Shown: positions 10,015-19,483 of the stretch, piece after piece
How the letters are laid out: each line of letters opens with the position of its first letter
How positions within the stretch are numbered: the first letter of the stretch is position 1
Assembly: GCA_965218795.1 (NCBI GenBank)
Contig: OZ244653.1
Coordinates: 3,008,001 to 3,072,000, forward strand
Direction of reading: 5' to 3'
Source of the DNA: a bacterium
Lineage (GTDB): Bacteria; UBA8248; JACPRG01; G963555815
Length of the DNA: 64,000 bases
Notes under the pieces: generated by a model
Databases searched by the model: none
What the model was told of the DNA's origin: nothing
The model's input: the letters and a program-made list of their open reading frames with translations, nothing else
Position numbers and translations under genes: made by a program

Positions 10015-11364
10015 ATGAATCTCGATACGGTTATCCACAACGCTGTCGTAATCAACGCCCACGGCCGGTTCGAGGGATGGATCGGAATTGCGGGCGAGAA
10101 GGTGGCGGCCTGTTCAGCCGACGCCGATCCGCCCTCCGCCGGAGAAGTCATCGATGCGGGTGGAAGGTGGCTGGTGCCGGGGGTCGTAGACTCACATTGC
10201 CATTGGGACTGGCCCGACTGGCCGATCGAGGAAGGCATCCGGTGCACGTCGAACGCCGTCACCGGCGGAGTGACGACGAACATGCACATGATGATCGAGC
10301 CCGGCAGCCTCGTGGAAGGGATTCAGCGCCGGAAGGCGAAGTGGGAGGAGCTGGCCTTCGCCGACGCAACCGTTCACGCCGTCGTCTTCTCTCTCAAGCA
10401 CGTGGAAGAGATCCCCAAGGTCGCCCAGATGGGGATCCCCTCGTTCAAATTCTTCATGCCATACCGGGGTTCCGAGGCCGTCCCGCCGCTGGAACCGACC
10501 GATGACGGAACCGTCTGGAAGGGCCTGGAGGCGATCGCCGCTCTTGGCGAAAAGGCCATCGCGCTGGTTCATTGCGAGAATATCGAGCCCATCTTCGTCA
10601 TCAAGGACGAACTGATGGCCTCGGGGCGGGATGATTTCCAATGGCGTGACGTCCGGCCGAACTTCACCGAGGAAGAGGCGATGTGGCGGATCTGCTACTT
10701 CGCCCAGCTCACGGGAGCCACGCTCTACATCGTGCACATCACCATCAAGGAAGGACCCGACGTTCTGCTTGATGCCAGAAAGCGGGGCATACGACTCATC
10801 GGCGAGACCTGTCCCCACTACCTTACTCTCGCGGCTGAGGATACGGACCGGGTGCTCGGAAAATGCAATCCACCGCTTCGCACGCACGAAGACAACGAGG
10901 CGCTCTGGGCGGCCATTCAGGCGGGACACATTACGGTCGTGGGCTCGGACCACGCGCCGGACGCCGTCAAGCATAAGCCGAATTTCTGGGACGCCATCGT
11001 GGGGTCGGCGGGGCTGGAGACCATGCTTCCGGTGATGACGCACTACGGTGTGCACGCCGGCCGGATTTCGGCCGAAAAGATGGTGGACCTGATTTCGACG
11101 GCGCCCGCGAAGACCTTTGGCCTTTATCCAGACAAAGGAGTGATCGCGCCGGGCTCGGACGCCGATCTGGTCATCGTCAACCCTGACCGCGAGGTCACCA
11201 TCCGGGCGGCGGACCTGAATCACATTTCCGACTGTTCCCCATGGGAAGGGAAGACGGTCAAAGGTTGGCCAGAGTTCACGATGGTTCGGGGGCGGGTCTG
11301 TGCGCGGGACGGGGAGATCACCGGGAAGCCGGGGACCGGGAAGTTCCTGGAACGGGCGTATTAA
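10015..11364 (+). CDS. Cyclic amidohydrolase (dihydroorotase/allantoinase/dihydropyrimidinase family)
   Basis: Metal ligands DSHCH, SFKFF (carbamylated Lys), HCEN, IVHI and SDHAP; also ETCPHYL and NPPLR. Confidence 0.9.
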   Translation: MNLDTVIHNAVVINAHGRFEGWIGIAGEKVAACSADADPPSAGEVIDAGGRWLVPGVVDSHCHWDWPDWPIEEGIRCTSNAVTGGVTTNMHMMIEPGSLVEGIQRRKAKWEELAFADATVHAVVFSLKHVEEIPKVAQMGIPSFKFFMPYRGSEAVPPLEPTDDGTVWKGLEAIAALGEKAIALVHCENIEPIFVIKDELMASGRDDFQWRDVRPNFTEEEAMWRICYFAQLTGATLYIVHITIKEGPDVLLDARKRGIRLIGETCPHYLTLAAEDTDRVLGKCNPPLRTHEDNEALWAAIQAGHITVVGSDHAPDAVKHKPNFWDAIVGSAGLETMLPVMTHYGVHAGRISAEKMVDLISTAPAKTFGLYPDKGVIAPGSDADLVIVNPDREVTIRAADLNHISDCSPWEGKTVKGWPEFTMVRGRVCARDGEITGKPGTGKFLERAY

Positions 11365-11589
11365 GCCCGGGACATATCAAGAATCACCGTTTTTCCCCGA
11401 GGTTTTTTTTTGGGGCTCTCGCGTGCCGGCCATTTCCCGGATGAGATGATGCGGAGGGCGGTTTTTGAAAAGCGTTTCCCCACATTCCGGACAAGGAGTC
11501 CTCGTTCCGCGCCGAACCGTCACATGGTCGGTCAGATTCCTTCTCGCCGCGAGTAGGCCAAGCCTACAGCTTGGCCGTCAGGAGTTTTC

Positions 11590-13060
11590 GATGGGGTCCG
11601 GGAGGACGGTTTTTAAAATGCCCCCAGGAAATAGGTCGTCGAGTGTTGCCTGGCTGGTTGGGGTGGTCGCCGCTCAATATATGTTAGGATTGGAAATGAT
11701 ATGGCATCGAAGAGACGTAGGTGCGATGGCGCATAAGGGGAGGTTACGGATTTGGTGATGAGGCCATTTGAGTACACGTCCCCTGGGAGTTTGGAAGAGG
11801 CGCTTTCGGTGTTGTCGGTGGCGGATTCGGATTGGCACGTTTTGTCTGGTGGAACGAACCTGGTGGTGGAGTTGCGGGACCGTAAGAAGAGTCCTTCGGT
11901 GGTGGTGGACATCAGTTTTTTGGAGGACCTTCGGTACATTCGGGAGGAAGGAGAGAGGATACTCATTGGTGCCCGTGCGAGCGTGGAGGACCTGCTTCGC
12001 TCAGAGTTGATCCGGGAGCGGGCGGGTATTCTTCGGGAGTGCGCGCTGAACTTTGCGGGTCCTCCGATTCGGAACCGGGCGACGGTGGCGGGCAACGTCG
12101 TGGACGCCTCTCCGGCAGCGGACTGCGTGCCTCCTCTTCAGGCGCTGGACGCGGTGGCGGTTTTGCGGAGCGCGGGCGGGGAGCGTCGCGTGGGGCTTCA
12201 GGAGTTTGTGACGGGTGTTCGCGAGACGGTTCGTCGTCCGGACGAGTTGTTGGTGGAGCTTTCGTTTTCGGGTCTGGACGGTGAATCGGGCTACGGGTAT
12301 TACAAGCTGGGCCGTCGCAAGGCGATGGCGATTTCCGTGGTGAGCGCGGCGGTGGTACTTCGGATGTCCGGGGGTCGTTGCCGTAGTGCGGGGATATCGC
12401 TGGGCGCGGCGTCTCCGGTCCCGATACGAGTGGGTGCGGCGGAGTCTTTGCTGAGTCAGGGTGGTTTTGTGTCAGATGCGTTGATCGAGGAGTGCGGTCG
12501 GTTGGCGGGTTCGGCCTCTTGTCCGATCGATGACATACGGGCCTCGGGGGAGTATCGCCGTTTGATGTGCGAGGTGCTGACGAAGCGTTTGCTTCGTCGA
12601 GCGCTGGGCCGGGAGGGTTGAGGGTATGGATCGAGAGCGGACGGTCCGGTTTGAGTTGAACGGTGAGTTGGTGGAGCGGCGTTTTCGGGTGAACGAGTCG
12701 CTGTTGAACGCGCTTCGTTACGAGTTGGGCGCAACGGAGGTGAAGAACGGTTGCGAGAAGGGTGACTGCGGGGCCTGCGTGGTTCTGGTGGACGGTCGCG
12801 CGGAGAACACGTGCTGCATGCTGGCGGTGCAGGCGGCGGGCAAGGTGGTGGAGACGGTGAAGGGGATGGGGAGCGTGGAGTCGCTTCATCCTCTTCAGGA
12901 GTCGTTCATCGAGTTGGGTGCGATCCAGTGCGGTTTTTGTACGCCGGGGATGCTGTGCGCGGCGAAGGGACTGTTGTCGGAGTACCCGGCGGCGAGTCGG
13001 GACGAGATCAAGGTGGGGATATCGGGCAATCTGTGCCGCTGCACGGGGTATGTGAAGATC
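11590..13060 (+). other. Tract of intense G>C and T>A nucleotide skew (GRINS-like)
   Basis: Hand count of 12241-12300 gives G24 C9 T19 A8, versus G20 C23 T6 A11 at 14521-14580 in the adjacent same-strand gene. Boundaries are approximate. Confidence 0.75.
11758..12621 (+). CDS. Mo-hydroxylase FAD-binding medium subunit
   Basis: MRPFEY, LSGGTNL, IRNRATVAGN, KLGRRKAMAIS and PIDDIRASGEYR motifs. Confidence 0.92.
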   Translation: MRPFEYTSPGSLEEALSVLSVADSDWHVLSGGTNLVVELRDRKKSPSVVVDISFLEDLRYIREEGERILIGARASVEDLLRSELIRERAGILRECALNFAGPPIRNRATVAGNVVDASPAADCVPPLQALDAVAVLRSAGGERRVGLQEFVTGVRETVRRPDELLVELSFSGLDGESGYGYYKLGRRKAMAISVVSAAVVLRMSGGRCRSAGISLGAASPVPIRVGAAESLLSQGGFVSDALIEECGRLAGSASCPIDDIRASGEYRRLMCEVLTKRLLRRALGREG

Positions 13061-13099
13061 ATCGACGCCATCGAGGCCGTCGTCCAGGGAAAGTATTGA
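12626..13099 (+). CDS. Mo-hydroxylase [2Fe-2S] small subunit
   Basis: GCEKGDCGAC, QCGFCTPG and NLCRCTGY motifs. Confidence 0.93.
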   Translation: MDRERTVRFELNGELVERRFRVNESLLNALRYELGATEVKNGCEKGDCGACVVLVDGRAENTCCMLAVQAAGKVVETVKGMGSVESLHPLQESFIELGAIQCGFCTPGMLCAAKGLLSEYPAASRDEIKVGISGNLCRCTGYVKIIDAIEAVVQGKY

Positions 13100-13197
13100 C
13101 GATGCCACAACGGAGGGACGCTCGATTCATCGCCATCAGGAAGATTGAGGGATGGGGTTGGCGGAGCGTCCGCCTTCCGGCCTCGTTCTCTCTCCTA

Positions 13198-14308
13198 GTG
13201 GACTGTAACATTGAGATAGCCAGTAATGTTTGGTACAGTATCATGCATGCCAAACACCCCCATTCAGCTGACTTCCGATGAAAGAGAAGAACTGCAACGG
13301 CGATCCCGTTCGCGCGTGCTGCGGTCCGAAGACGTCCGACGAGCCCAAGTCATTCTGATGCTCGATGCCGGGGAGTCCTATTTGAGGATCCAGCGCGCCG
13401 TGGGCTGCGATGCCCGGTATGTGAGCCGATGGAAGACCCGGTTCCAACAAGAGGGACTGGCCGGCTTGTATTCCAGACATTGCGGTCGAGCGGTTCACAA
13501 GCGCACCCCCCGGCTGGAGGCTCGGATTCTGGACTGGACCAGGCGCCGACCACCGGACGGAGCGACGCACTGGAGTAGTCGCAAGCTGGCGCGGCAGTTG
13601 GGCACCAACCACATGATGGTGGCCCGGGTTTGGAAACGTGCGGGTCTGCAACCCCACCGCATTCAACGTTACATGGCATCGAATGATCCGGACTTTGAGA
13701 AGAAGGCGGCCGATATCATTGGCCTCTATGTCAACCCGCCGCAACACGCCGCCGTTTTCTGTGTGGATGAAAAAACCGCCATTCAGGCCTTGGACCGATT
13801 CGATCCCGTGTTGCCGCTTTCTCCGGGTCGCGCCGAGCGTCACGGTTTCGAGTATTACCGGCACGGAACGCTCTCGCTGTATGCGGCCCTGAATACAAAG
13901 ACCGGCGAGGTCATCGGCAAGACCGCAGCGAGGCACACCAGCGAGGCCTTTGTGGCTTTCCTTTCTGGCATCGTGGCCAGACAACCCAAGCGGCGTGAAA
14001 TTCACATCATCGCAGACAATCTGTCGGCTCATAAGAGCCGCCGCGTGCGACAGTTTCTTGACGCTCACCCGCGCGTGCATTTGCATTTCACCCCAACTTA
14101 TTCCTCTTGGTTGAATCAGGTCGAAATCTGGTTCGCAAAAATCCAACGCGACGTCATTGCCCGCGGCGTCTTCACTTCGGTTCCTGATTTGGCTCGAAAA
14201 CTGATGCGCTATATTCGACAGTGCAACAAGAAACCCAAACCCATCAAGTGGAGCTATACTGATGGCTCACGGCGAATCACCACTAGCAAAGTCTCTGTTA
14301 CAAGGTAC
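13198..14308 (+). mobile_element. IS630-family insertion sequence
   Basis: Flanked by duplicated TA within CTAG (13196-13197, 14309-14310). Imperfect TIRs gtggactgtaacattgagatagccagtaat versus reverse complement gtaccttgtaacagagactttgctagtgat. Confidence 0.85.
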
Positions 14309-14311
14309 TAG
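13247..14311 (+). CDS. IS630-family transposase
   Basis: THWSSRKLA, SNDPDF, CVDEKTAIQAL, YYRHGT, IADNLSAHK and TPTYSSWLNQVE motifs; the stop TAG uses the target TA. Confidence 0.95.
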   Translation: MPNTPIQLTSDEREELQRRSRSRVLRSEDVRRAQVILMLDAGESYLRIQRAVGCDARYVSRWKTRFQQEGLAGLYSRHCGRAVHKRTPRLEARILDWTRRRPPDGATHWSSRKLARQLGTNHMMVARVWKRAGLQPHRIQRYMASNDPDFEKKAADIIGLYVNPPQHAAVFCVDEKTAIQALDRFDPVLPLSPGRAERHGFEYYRHGTLSLYAALNTKTGEVIGKTAARHTSEAFVAFLSGIVARQPKRREIHIIADNLSAHKSRRVRQFLDAHPRVHLHFTPTYSSWLNQVEIWFAKIQRDVIARGVFTSVPDLARKLMRYIRQCNKKPKPIKWSYTDGSRRITTSKVSVTRY

Positions 14312-14335
14312 ACAGCTAGACAGGAGGTCGAGCTC

Positions 14336-16609
14336 ATGGAGGCTCTGAAGGTTGTTGGACAAAGCTTGCCGTTGAAGGACGCCACCGACAAGGCGGCCGG
14401 GACCGGCATGTACACGGTGGATATGTCCTTCCCGGGCATGCTGTACGGCAAGGTCCTTCGGAGCCCCCACGCCCATGCCCGAATCGTCAACATCGACGCG
14501 TCCAAGGCGCGCGCGCTGCCCGGCGTCAAGGCCGTCATCACGCCGGACGACGTGCCCCGGAACCCGTTCACAACGGCGGGACATCCGCCGCCTGATCCGA
14601 CGCCCGACGACCAGTTCATTCTCGATCACAAGGTCCGGTACGTGGGGGACAAGGTGGCCGCCCTGGCCGCCGTTTCCAACGAGGTCGCCCTGGAGGCCCT
14701 GGACCTCATCCAGGTCGAGTACGAAACGCTTCCGGCGTACTTCGATCCCCGAGACAGCTTGGCGGACGATGCGATCGACATTCACGATAACCTGGAGCAC
14801 GGCAGGAACACGGCGGGCTACATCCGCATGGAGGAAGGGGACGTTGAGAAAGGCTTCGCCGAGGCCGATCACGTGGTGGAGACGGTATGCGAGGTCCCCG
14901 GCCAGGCCCATTCGATGCTGGAACCCGTTGTCGCCCTGGCTCATTGGGAGACCGGCGGAAAGATCAACGTCTGGTCTTCTACGCAAATCCCCTTCACCCT
15001 TCGGCGGCTGATGCACGACGCCCTGGGCGTCCCGATCCGGAAGATCAGAGTGTATATGCCCATCGTCGGCGGAGGGTTCGGCTGCAAGCAGGACATGCAG
15101 GAGGAGCCTCTGTGCGCGCTTCTGTCCAAGGCGGCCGGGTATCGCCCCGTCAAGCTGGAATACACCCGCGAGGAGACCTTCTGCTCCTCCCGGATTCGCC
15201 ATCCCTACATTATGAAATCCAAGACGGGCCTGAAAAAGGATGGGACCATCACCGCCCGCTACCTGCACGCCCTCGCCAATACGGGCGCATTCAGCAGCCA
15301 CGGCCCCATCGTCACGGCGTATATGGGGGCGATGTGGCTCGCGCTGTACCGTTCGCCGCACCTCCTCTTTGAAGGCCAAACGGTCTATACGAACCTGACG
15401 ATTGCGGGGGCCTTCCGCGGCTACGGCGTCCCGCAGGGGACCTACGCCTGCGAGCTGCACATGGATCAAGTGGCGGCCGAAATGGGCATCGACCCGCTCG
15501 ACCTTCGTCGGGCGAACCACGTCCAATCCGGAGACATCCACCCAGCCACCAAGTGGAAGATTGAATCGTGCGAGCTTCGAAAGTGTATTGACTTGGGGGC
15601 GGAGGCCATCGGCTGGAATGAGAAACGCAACCGGAACGGCGGCGGCAGGCTGCACGGGGTCGGCGCAGCCATCTTCACCATCGCCAGCGGGGCGGCGCCG
15701 TTTGCGCTGGAAGCCTCCTCCGCCACAGTGCGCGTGCTCGAGGACGGGGGGCTCCATCTGAACATGGGGATTTCCGACACGGGCCAAGGTGTCGAGACCA
15801 CCATGGCGCAGATTGCGGCCGAGTCGTTCGGCGTCTCTTTGGACAAGGTGGAAACCAACCGGATAGTGGATACGGACACCTCACCCTACGACAACGGGGC
15901 CTATGCCACCCGGCAGGCCTACGTCTCAGGGATGGCGGCCAAGCTGGCGGCCGCGGAGGCCCGCAAGATGGTTCTGAAGCACGCTTCGAAGATGCTGGAA
16001 GCGGCCGTCGACGATTTGGACATCTCAGAGGACCAAGTCGTGGTCCAGGGCGCGCCGGACAAGGCCGTCGGCATCGGGGAGGTAGCCTTCGACGCCCAGT
16101 ACGGGGGGACGCCGCATGAGCTCGTCGGCCGCAGTGACTACACCCCGCCGACGAACGCGCCGCCGTTCGGCGCGCAGTTCGCCGAGGTGGAGGTGGATCC
16201 GGAAACCGGAGAAGTCCGCCTGCTGAATTTTGTCGCAGCCCACGACGTCGGCCGGGCCCTGAACCCCGTGGTCGTCCAGGGACAGGTCGAGGGCGGCGTG
16301 GCCCAGGGGATCGGGTACGGGATGATGGAGGAGATGGTGTTCGACGCCGAGACGGGAAGAACGCTGACCTCTGACTTCGCCCAGTATGAGATTCCGACGT
16401 CGATGGACACGCCCGAGATCGAACCGCTGCTGATCGAGGAGGGCGAGCCGACCGGCCCGTACGGCGCCAAGGGTGTGGGCGAGCCCGGAATCGTGCCGAC
16501 CGCTCCGGCCATCGCCAACGCCGTCTTCAACGCCATCGGCGTTCCCGTGAACGAGTTGCCGGTGACGGCGGAGCGGGTACTCGAAGCGCTTCGGGCAAAG
16601 AACGGTTGA
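14336..16609 (+). CDS. Xanthine dehydrogenase family Mo-binding large subunit (XdhA/nicotinate-dehydrogenase-like)
   Basis: LRSPHAHARI, GGGFGCKQ, GAFRGYGVPQ, GAYATRQ and AKGVGEP motifs; RBS AGGAGG. Confidence 0.93.
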   Translation: MEALKVVGQSLPLKDATDKAAGTGMYTVDMSFPGMLYGKVLRSPHAHARIVNIDASKARALPGVKAVITPDDVPRNPFTTAGHPPPDPTPDDQFILDHKVRYVGDKVAALAAVSNEVALEALDLIQVEYETLPAYFDPRDSLADDAIDIHDNLEHGRNTAGYIRMEEGDVEKGFAEADHVVETVCEVPGQAHSMLEPVVALAHWETGGKINVWSSTQIPFTLRRLMHDALGVPIRKIRVYMPIVGGGFGCKQDMQEEPLCALLSKAAGYRPVKLEYTREETFCSSRIRHPYIMKSKTGLKKDGTITARYLHALANTGAFSSHGPIVTAYMGAMWLALYRSPHLLFEGQTVYTNLTIAGAFRGYGVPQGTYACELHMDQVAAEMGIDPLDLRRANHVQSGDIHPATKWKIESCELRKCIDLGAEAIGWNEKRNRNGGGRLHGVGAAIFTIASGAAPFALEASSATVRVLEDGGLHLNMGISDTGQGVETTMAQIAAESFGVSLDKVETNRIVDTDTSPYDNGAYATRQAYVSGMAAKLAAAEARKMVLKHASKMLEAAVDDLDISEDQVVVQGAPDKAVGIGEVAFDAQYGGTPHELVGRSDYTPPTNAPPFGAQFAEVEVDPETGEVRLLNFVAAHDVGRALNPVVVQGQVEGGVAQGIGYGMMEEMVFDAETGRTLTSDFAQYEIPTSMDTPEIEPLLIEEGEPTGPYGAKGVGEPGIVPTAPAIANAVFNAIGVPVNELPVTAERVLEALRAKNG

Positions 16610-16632
16610 AATCAGTTGGATTGAGGAACCGG

Positions 16633-16659
16633 GGGCCGCTTAGGCGGCCCTTGTTTTTT
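16633..16659 (+). terminator. Rho-independent terminator
   Basis: gggccgc-ttag-gcggccc followed by ttgtttttt. Confidence 0.7.
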
Positions 16660-16693
16660 GGAATGATCACGTCGAGACAGGAGGAAAAGGTTC

Positions 16694-17518
16694 ATGGCGG
16701 AGGCAGCGATCAACGGCGCCAAGATTTGGTACGAGGTCCTGGGGGAAGGCGACCCCATGCTCACCATTCACGGATCCGGGTTCGGGCACGACAACTTCGC
16801 GCCCATTGTTCCCTACTGGGAAGAAGACTTTCAGGTGATTTGGTACGACATGCGGGGGTACGGGCTTTCCGAGCGTCCGATTCAGAAGTACGACATGGAG
16901 GTTTGGGCGGACGACGCGGTGGGGCTCCTCGATCATCTCGGGATCGAGAAGGCGCACATCAACGGAACTTCCATGGGTGGCATGATCGCACTCAAGCTGG
17001 CCGCCAAGTATCCGGACCGGGTGTGGGGTCTGGTCGTCAATTGCGCCATGGCCAAAATGGATTATGCCTCGAAGATCAATTTTCGCACCCACGCGTCGAT
17101 TGCCGAGCGGGAGGGGATGGGTTCCCTCGCCCTGGCTTCGCTATGCGCCGTCCAGGCCTGTTCGTACAACCATCTCGACGGATCGGAGGGGGAAAACACC
17201 GTCGAGTTTATCCGGACGATCCTTGAGAAAAATAATGAAGTGGAGATTTTCAAGAGCGCCTGCCAAGCCATGATTGAAATGGATCTGACGGAAGACCTTG
17301 CGAAAATCACGGCTCCGGCCCTCGTTTACACGGGGGACAAGGACATCATGACGCCCGTGGACCCGGGTCCGAGCGGGATCGGAACCCGCGGCATCGCGGA
17401 GCGGATCCGGAACGCCGAATTGGTTCTCATGCCCGGCTTGTCCCACACGACGATGGTCGAGGCCCCGCAGGAGTGCGCCAAGCTCGTGACGGATTTCCTG
17501 AAGGGTGTCCCGAAATAG
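16694..17518 (+). CDS. Alpha/beta fold hydrolase (enol-lactonase-like)
   Basis: IHGSG, YDMRGYGLS, GTSMGG nucleophile elbow, GDKDIMTP and catalytic His in LSHTT. Confidence 0.88.
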   Translation: MAEAAINGAKIWYEVLGEGDPMLTIHGSGFGHDNFAPIVPYWEEDFQVIWYDMRGYGLSERPIQKYDMEVWADDAVGLLDHLGIEKAHINGTSMGGMIALKLAAKYPDRVWGLVVNCAMAKMDYASKINFRTHASIAEREGMGSLALASLCAVQACSYNHLDGSEGENTVEFIRTILEKNNEVEIFKSACQAMIEMDLTEDLAKITAPALVYTGDKDIMTPVDPGPSGIGTRGIAERIRNAELVLMPGLSHTTMVEAPQECAKLVTDFLKGVPK

Positions 17519-17542
17519 CCGGGGTTCCGCGGGAGGACTCGC

Positions 17543-18280
17543 CTAGCCCCCCATCCGGATGATCTCCTCCGCACAGATCTCGGGCTCTGAAAACATGACC
17601 TCGTGACAGGTGTCGATCTCTGCGTAGGTGTGCTCGATCCGGCTGGACATCTTCGGGTGCCACCAGCCGTCCGGGAGCGCCTTGTCCTGCGTGCAGAAGA
17701 TGTAGGACATGGACAGATCCATCGAATAGAACTTCTTCAGGTCAACCTTCTGAATATAAGGATGGTACAGGGTCGGCGTAAGCTTCCGGTAAGCCGCCTT
17801 GGCCTTGTCCACGTCCATCCCGTTGGCGAAGAATTCGAGGAACAGGTCTTCGGGGAACATGACGGTGTTGTCCGGACTCTCGGCCGCCAACTGGCCGAAG
17901 GCCTGCTGTTGCTCTTCGGGACAGTTGTCCACGAGCGATTCGCCGTCCTGCAGGATGAAGGCGGACAGGAAGACCAAGTGCGCGAGGCGTTCGGGGATTC
18001 GCTCGGCCGCTTTGGGGATGACGATGCCCGCCATGCTGTGTCCGACCAGAACGACGTTGCTCAGGTCGTTTCCCTCGATGAGCTCCACGACGGCGGTGGG
18101 GTAATCGTCATAACGCACGTTGGGACGTTCGGGGATCCTCGCTCCGTGGCCCGGGAGGTCGAGTGCGTACGCCTTTTTCCCCCGCTTCTCCAGGTGGGCG
18201 ATGACTTCTTCCCAGCAGAAGGCCCCGTGGCAGGACCCGTGAACCAACACGTAATTTTTTTCGCCGTTGTTCTCAGTCAT
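17543..18280 (-). CDS. Alpha/beta hydrolase, methylesterase/SABP2-like
   Basis: VLVHGSCHGAFCW, DLPGHG, VGHSMAG, CTQDKAL and DTCHEVM motifs; start ATG 18280 after AGGAGG. Confidence 0.85.
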   Translation of the reverse strand: MTENNGEKNYVLVHGSCHGAFCWEEVIAHLEKRGKKAYALDLPGHGARIPERPNVRYDDYPTAVVELIEGNDLSNVVLVGHSMAGIVIPKAAERIPERLAHLVFLSAFILQDGESLVDNCPEEQQQAFGQLAAESPDNTVMFPEDLFLEFFANGMDVDKAKAAYRKLTPTLYHPYIQKVDLKKFYSMDLSMSYIFCTQDKALPDGWWHPKMSSRIEHTYAEIDTCHEVMFSEPEICAEEIIRMGG

Positions 18281-18396
18281 GGATGACCTCCTTGAATGCA
18301 AGTCTGAAGCGCATCGACCCCGCCCTCATTATGATCGACCTGACGGCAAGGATCGAACCTTCCCCGCTTGGACCCTTCCGAGATACCCGTGAGACA

Positions 18397-19254
18397 CTAC
18401 CCCCATTCCACGTGGCGTAATGCCTTGAATACGGAGACATTCGCCTCGATCGGATGAGAAACGAGGACATCATCCGTTGCGGTGAGAAAAACCGGATGGG
18501 ACCGGGAGCCGACTTCCGATACGTACTGCTTCAGGAGCTCCGGTGATTCAAAGCATTCCGCGGGTATGAATGCACCCGCGCGGGATTCGCCGGATATCCC
18601 CTGCAATCCGATCTGTGGTTGGAAAAGAAGGGCATCGGCCTGGAGAAGCGAAAAGGCATTGTAGTACTTGACGGTGTTGAACACGGGCTCCGCAACGCCG
18701 GCCGCTTCCTCCACTCCCGCGGTCTCCTCCAGAAGGACGACCTCCGCCCCTGCCTTACAGACCGCTTCCGCGAGCATGCGCGTCAGATCCACCGTCTCCG
18801 GAAGCAGATCGGGCCGATCCAGGCAGTCCCCGCCGCACAGCCCCATTGGCCCGGGAATGACGGCCAGGATTGGGATCTGCCTTCGCAATTCAATTTTCAA
18901 TCTTCGGATCACTTCCAACAGGACGGTGACAGGACCGTTCGAGAGCGCGTCCGGCGGCCACGGGTTTGCCCGCGGGGAAGCCCATTGAATGGCCGGACCC
19001 GCCGGGGACCAGTCGACTTGCGCCCCGGCGCTCTCAGCGAGAAATGCCGCATCGAACCGGACGCAGACACAATCCACGTCCAGGAGGCTTTGCTGGTCCC
19101 TGAGTGAACGGGTCAGGCGGGTGGGGTCTTGCGCCAGGAGGTTGGGGGCTGTCCCATCCAAACGGGATGCATGATAGAAGGCCAGGGGTAGAAGGGGCGG
19201 ACGAGGGCAGGGCGCACCCCGGAAGAATGCCCTCACCAACTGCCTGGACGACAT
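18397..19254 (-). CDS. Uroporphyrinogen decarboxylase/MtaA-like TIM-barrel protein, degenerate (candidate Apc epsilon-like partner)
   Basis: N-terminus MSSRQLVRAFFRG...RPPLLPLAFYHASRLDG, AESAGAQVDW, IPGPMGL, KAGAEVVLLEE and C-terminal PIEAN resemble the URO-D family. Confidence 0.6.
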   Translation of the reverse strand: MSSRQLVRAFFRGAPCPRPPLLPLAFYHASRLDGTAPNLLAQDPTRLTRSLRDQQSLLDVDCVCVRFDAAFLAESAGAQVDWSPAGPAIQWASPRANPWPPDALSNGPVTVLLEVIRRLKIELRRQIPILAVIPGPMGLCGGDCLDRPDLLPETVDLTRMLAEAVCKAGAEVVLLEETAGVEEAAGVAEPVFNTVKYYNAFSLLQADALLFQPQIGLQGISGESRAGAFIPAECFESPELLKQYVSEVGSRSHPVFLTATDDVLVSHPIEANVSVFKALRHVEWG

Positions 19255-19483
19255 TGTGCAACCTCGGTGAATGATTCGATTTGAGCTTCCGGGACGGTTT
19301 CCGGTCCAAAGAAAAGAATCCCCGCGGCGTGTCGTCCGCAGGGATTCTCCTGATTTCTCTCGAACCCTTCGGCACCCTGCGAATCACGCCCGTGGATGAA
19401 GATGGAGACCGCGTTCCCGGGCCGAACGGAGAGCACTTCACCCCCGGTTGCGGCTTCTCCGCCGGCCTTGCGTCCGGTCCCGT

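Noticed and set aside
11963-13108. Pro/Thr/His-rich minus-strand ORFs 11963-13108 and 61439-62404
   Set aside because: By-products of the C/A-rich complement of the skewed tracts; the plus-strand genes carry the conserved motifs.
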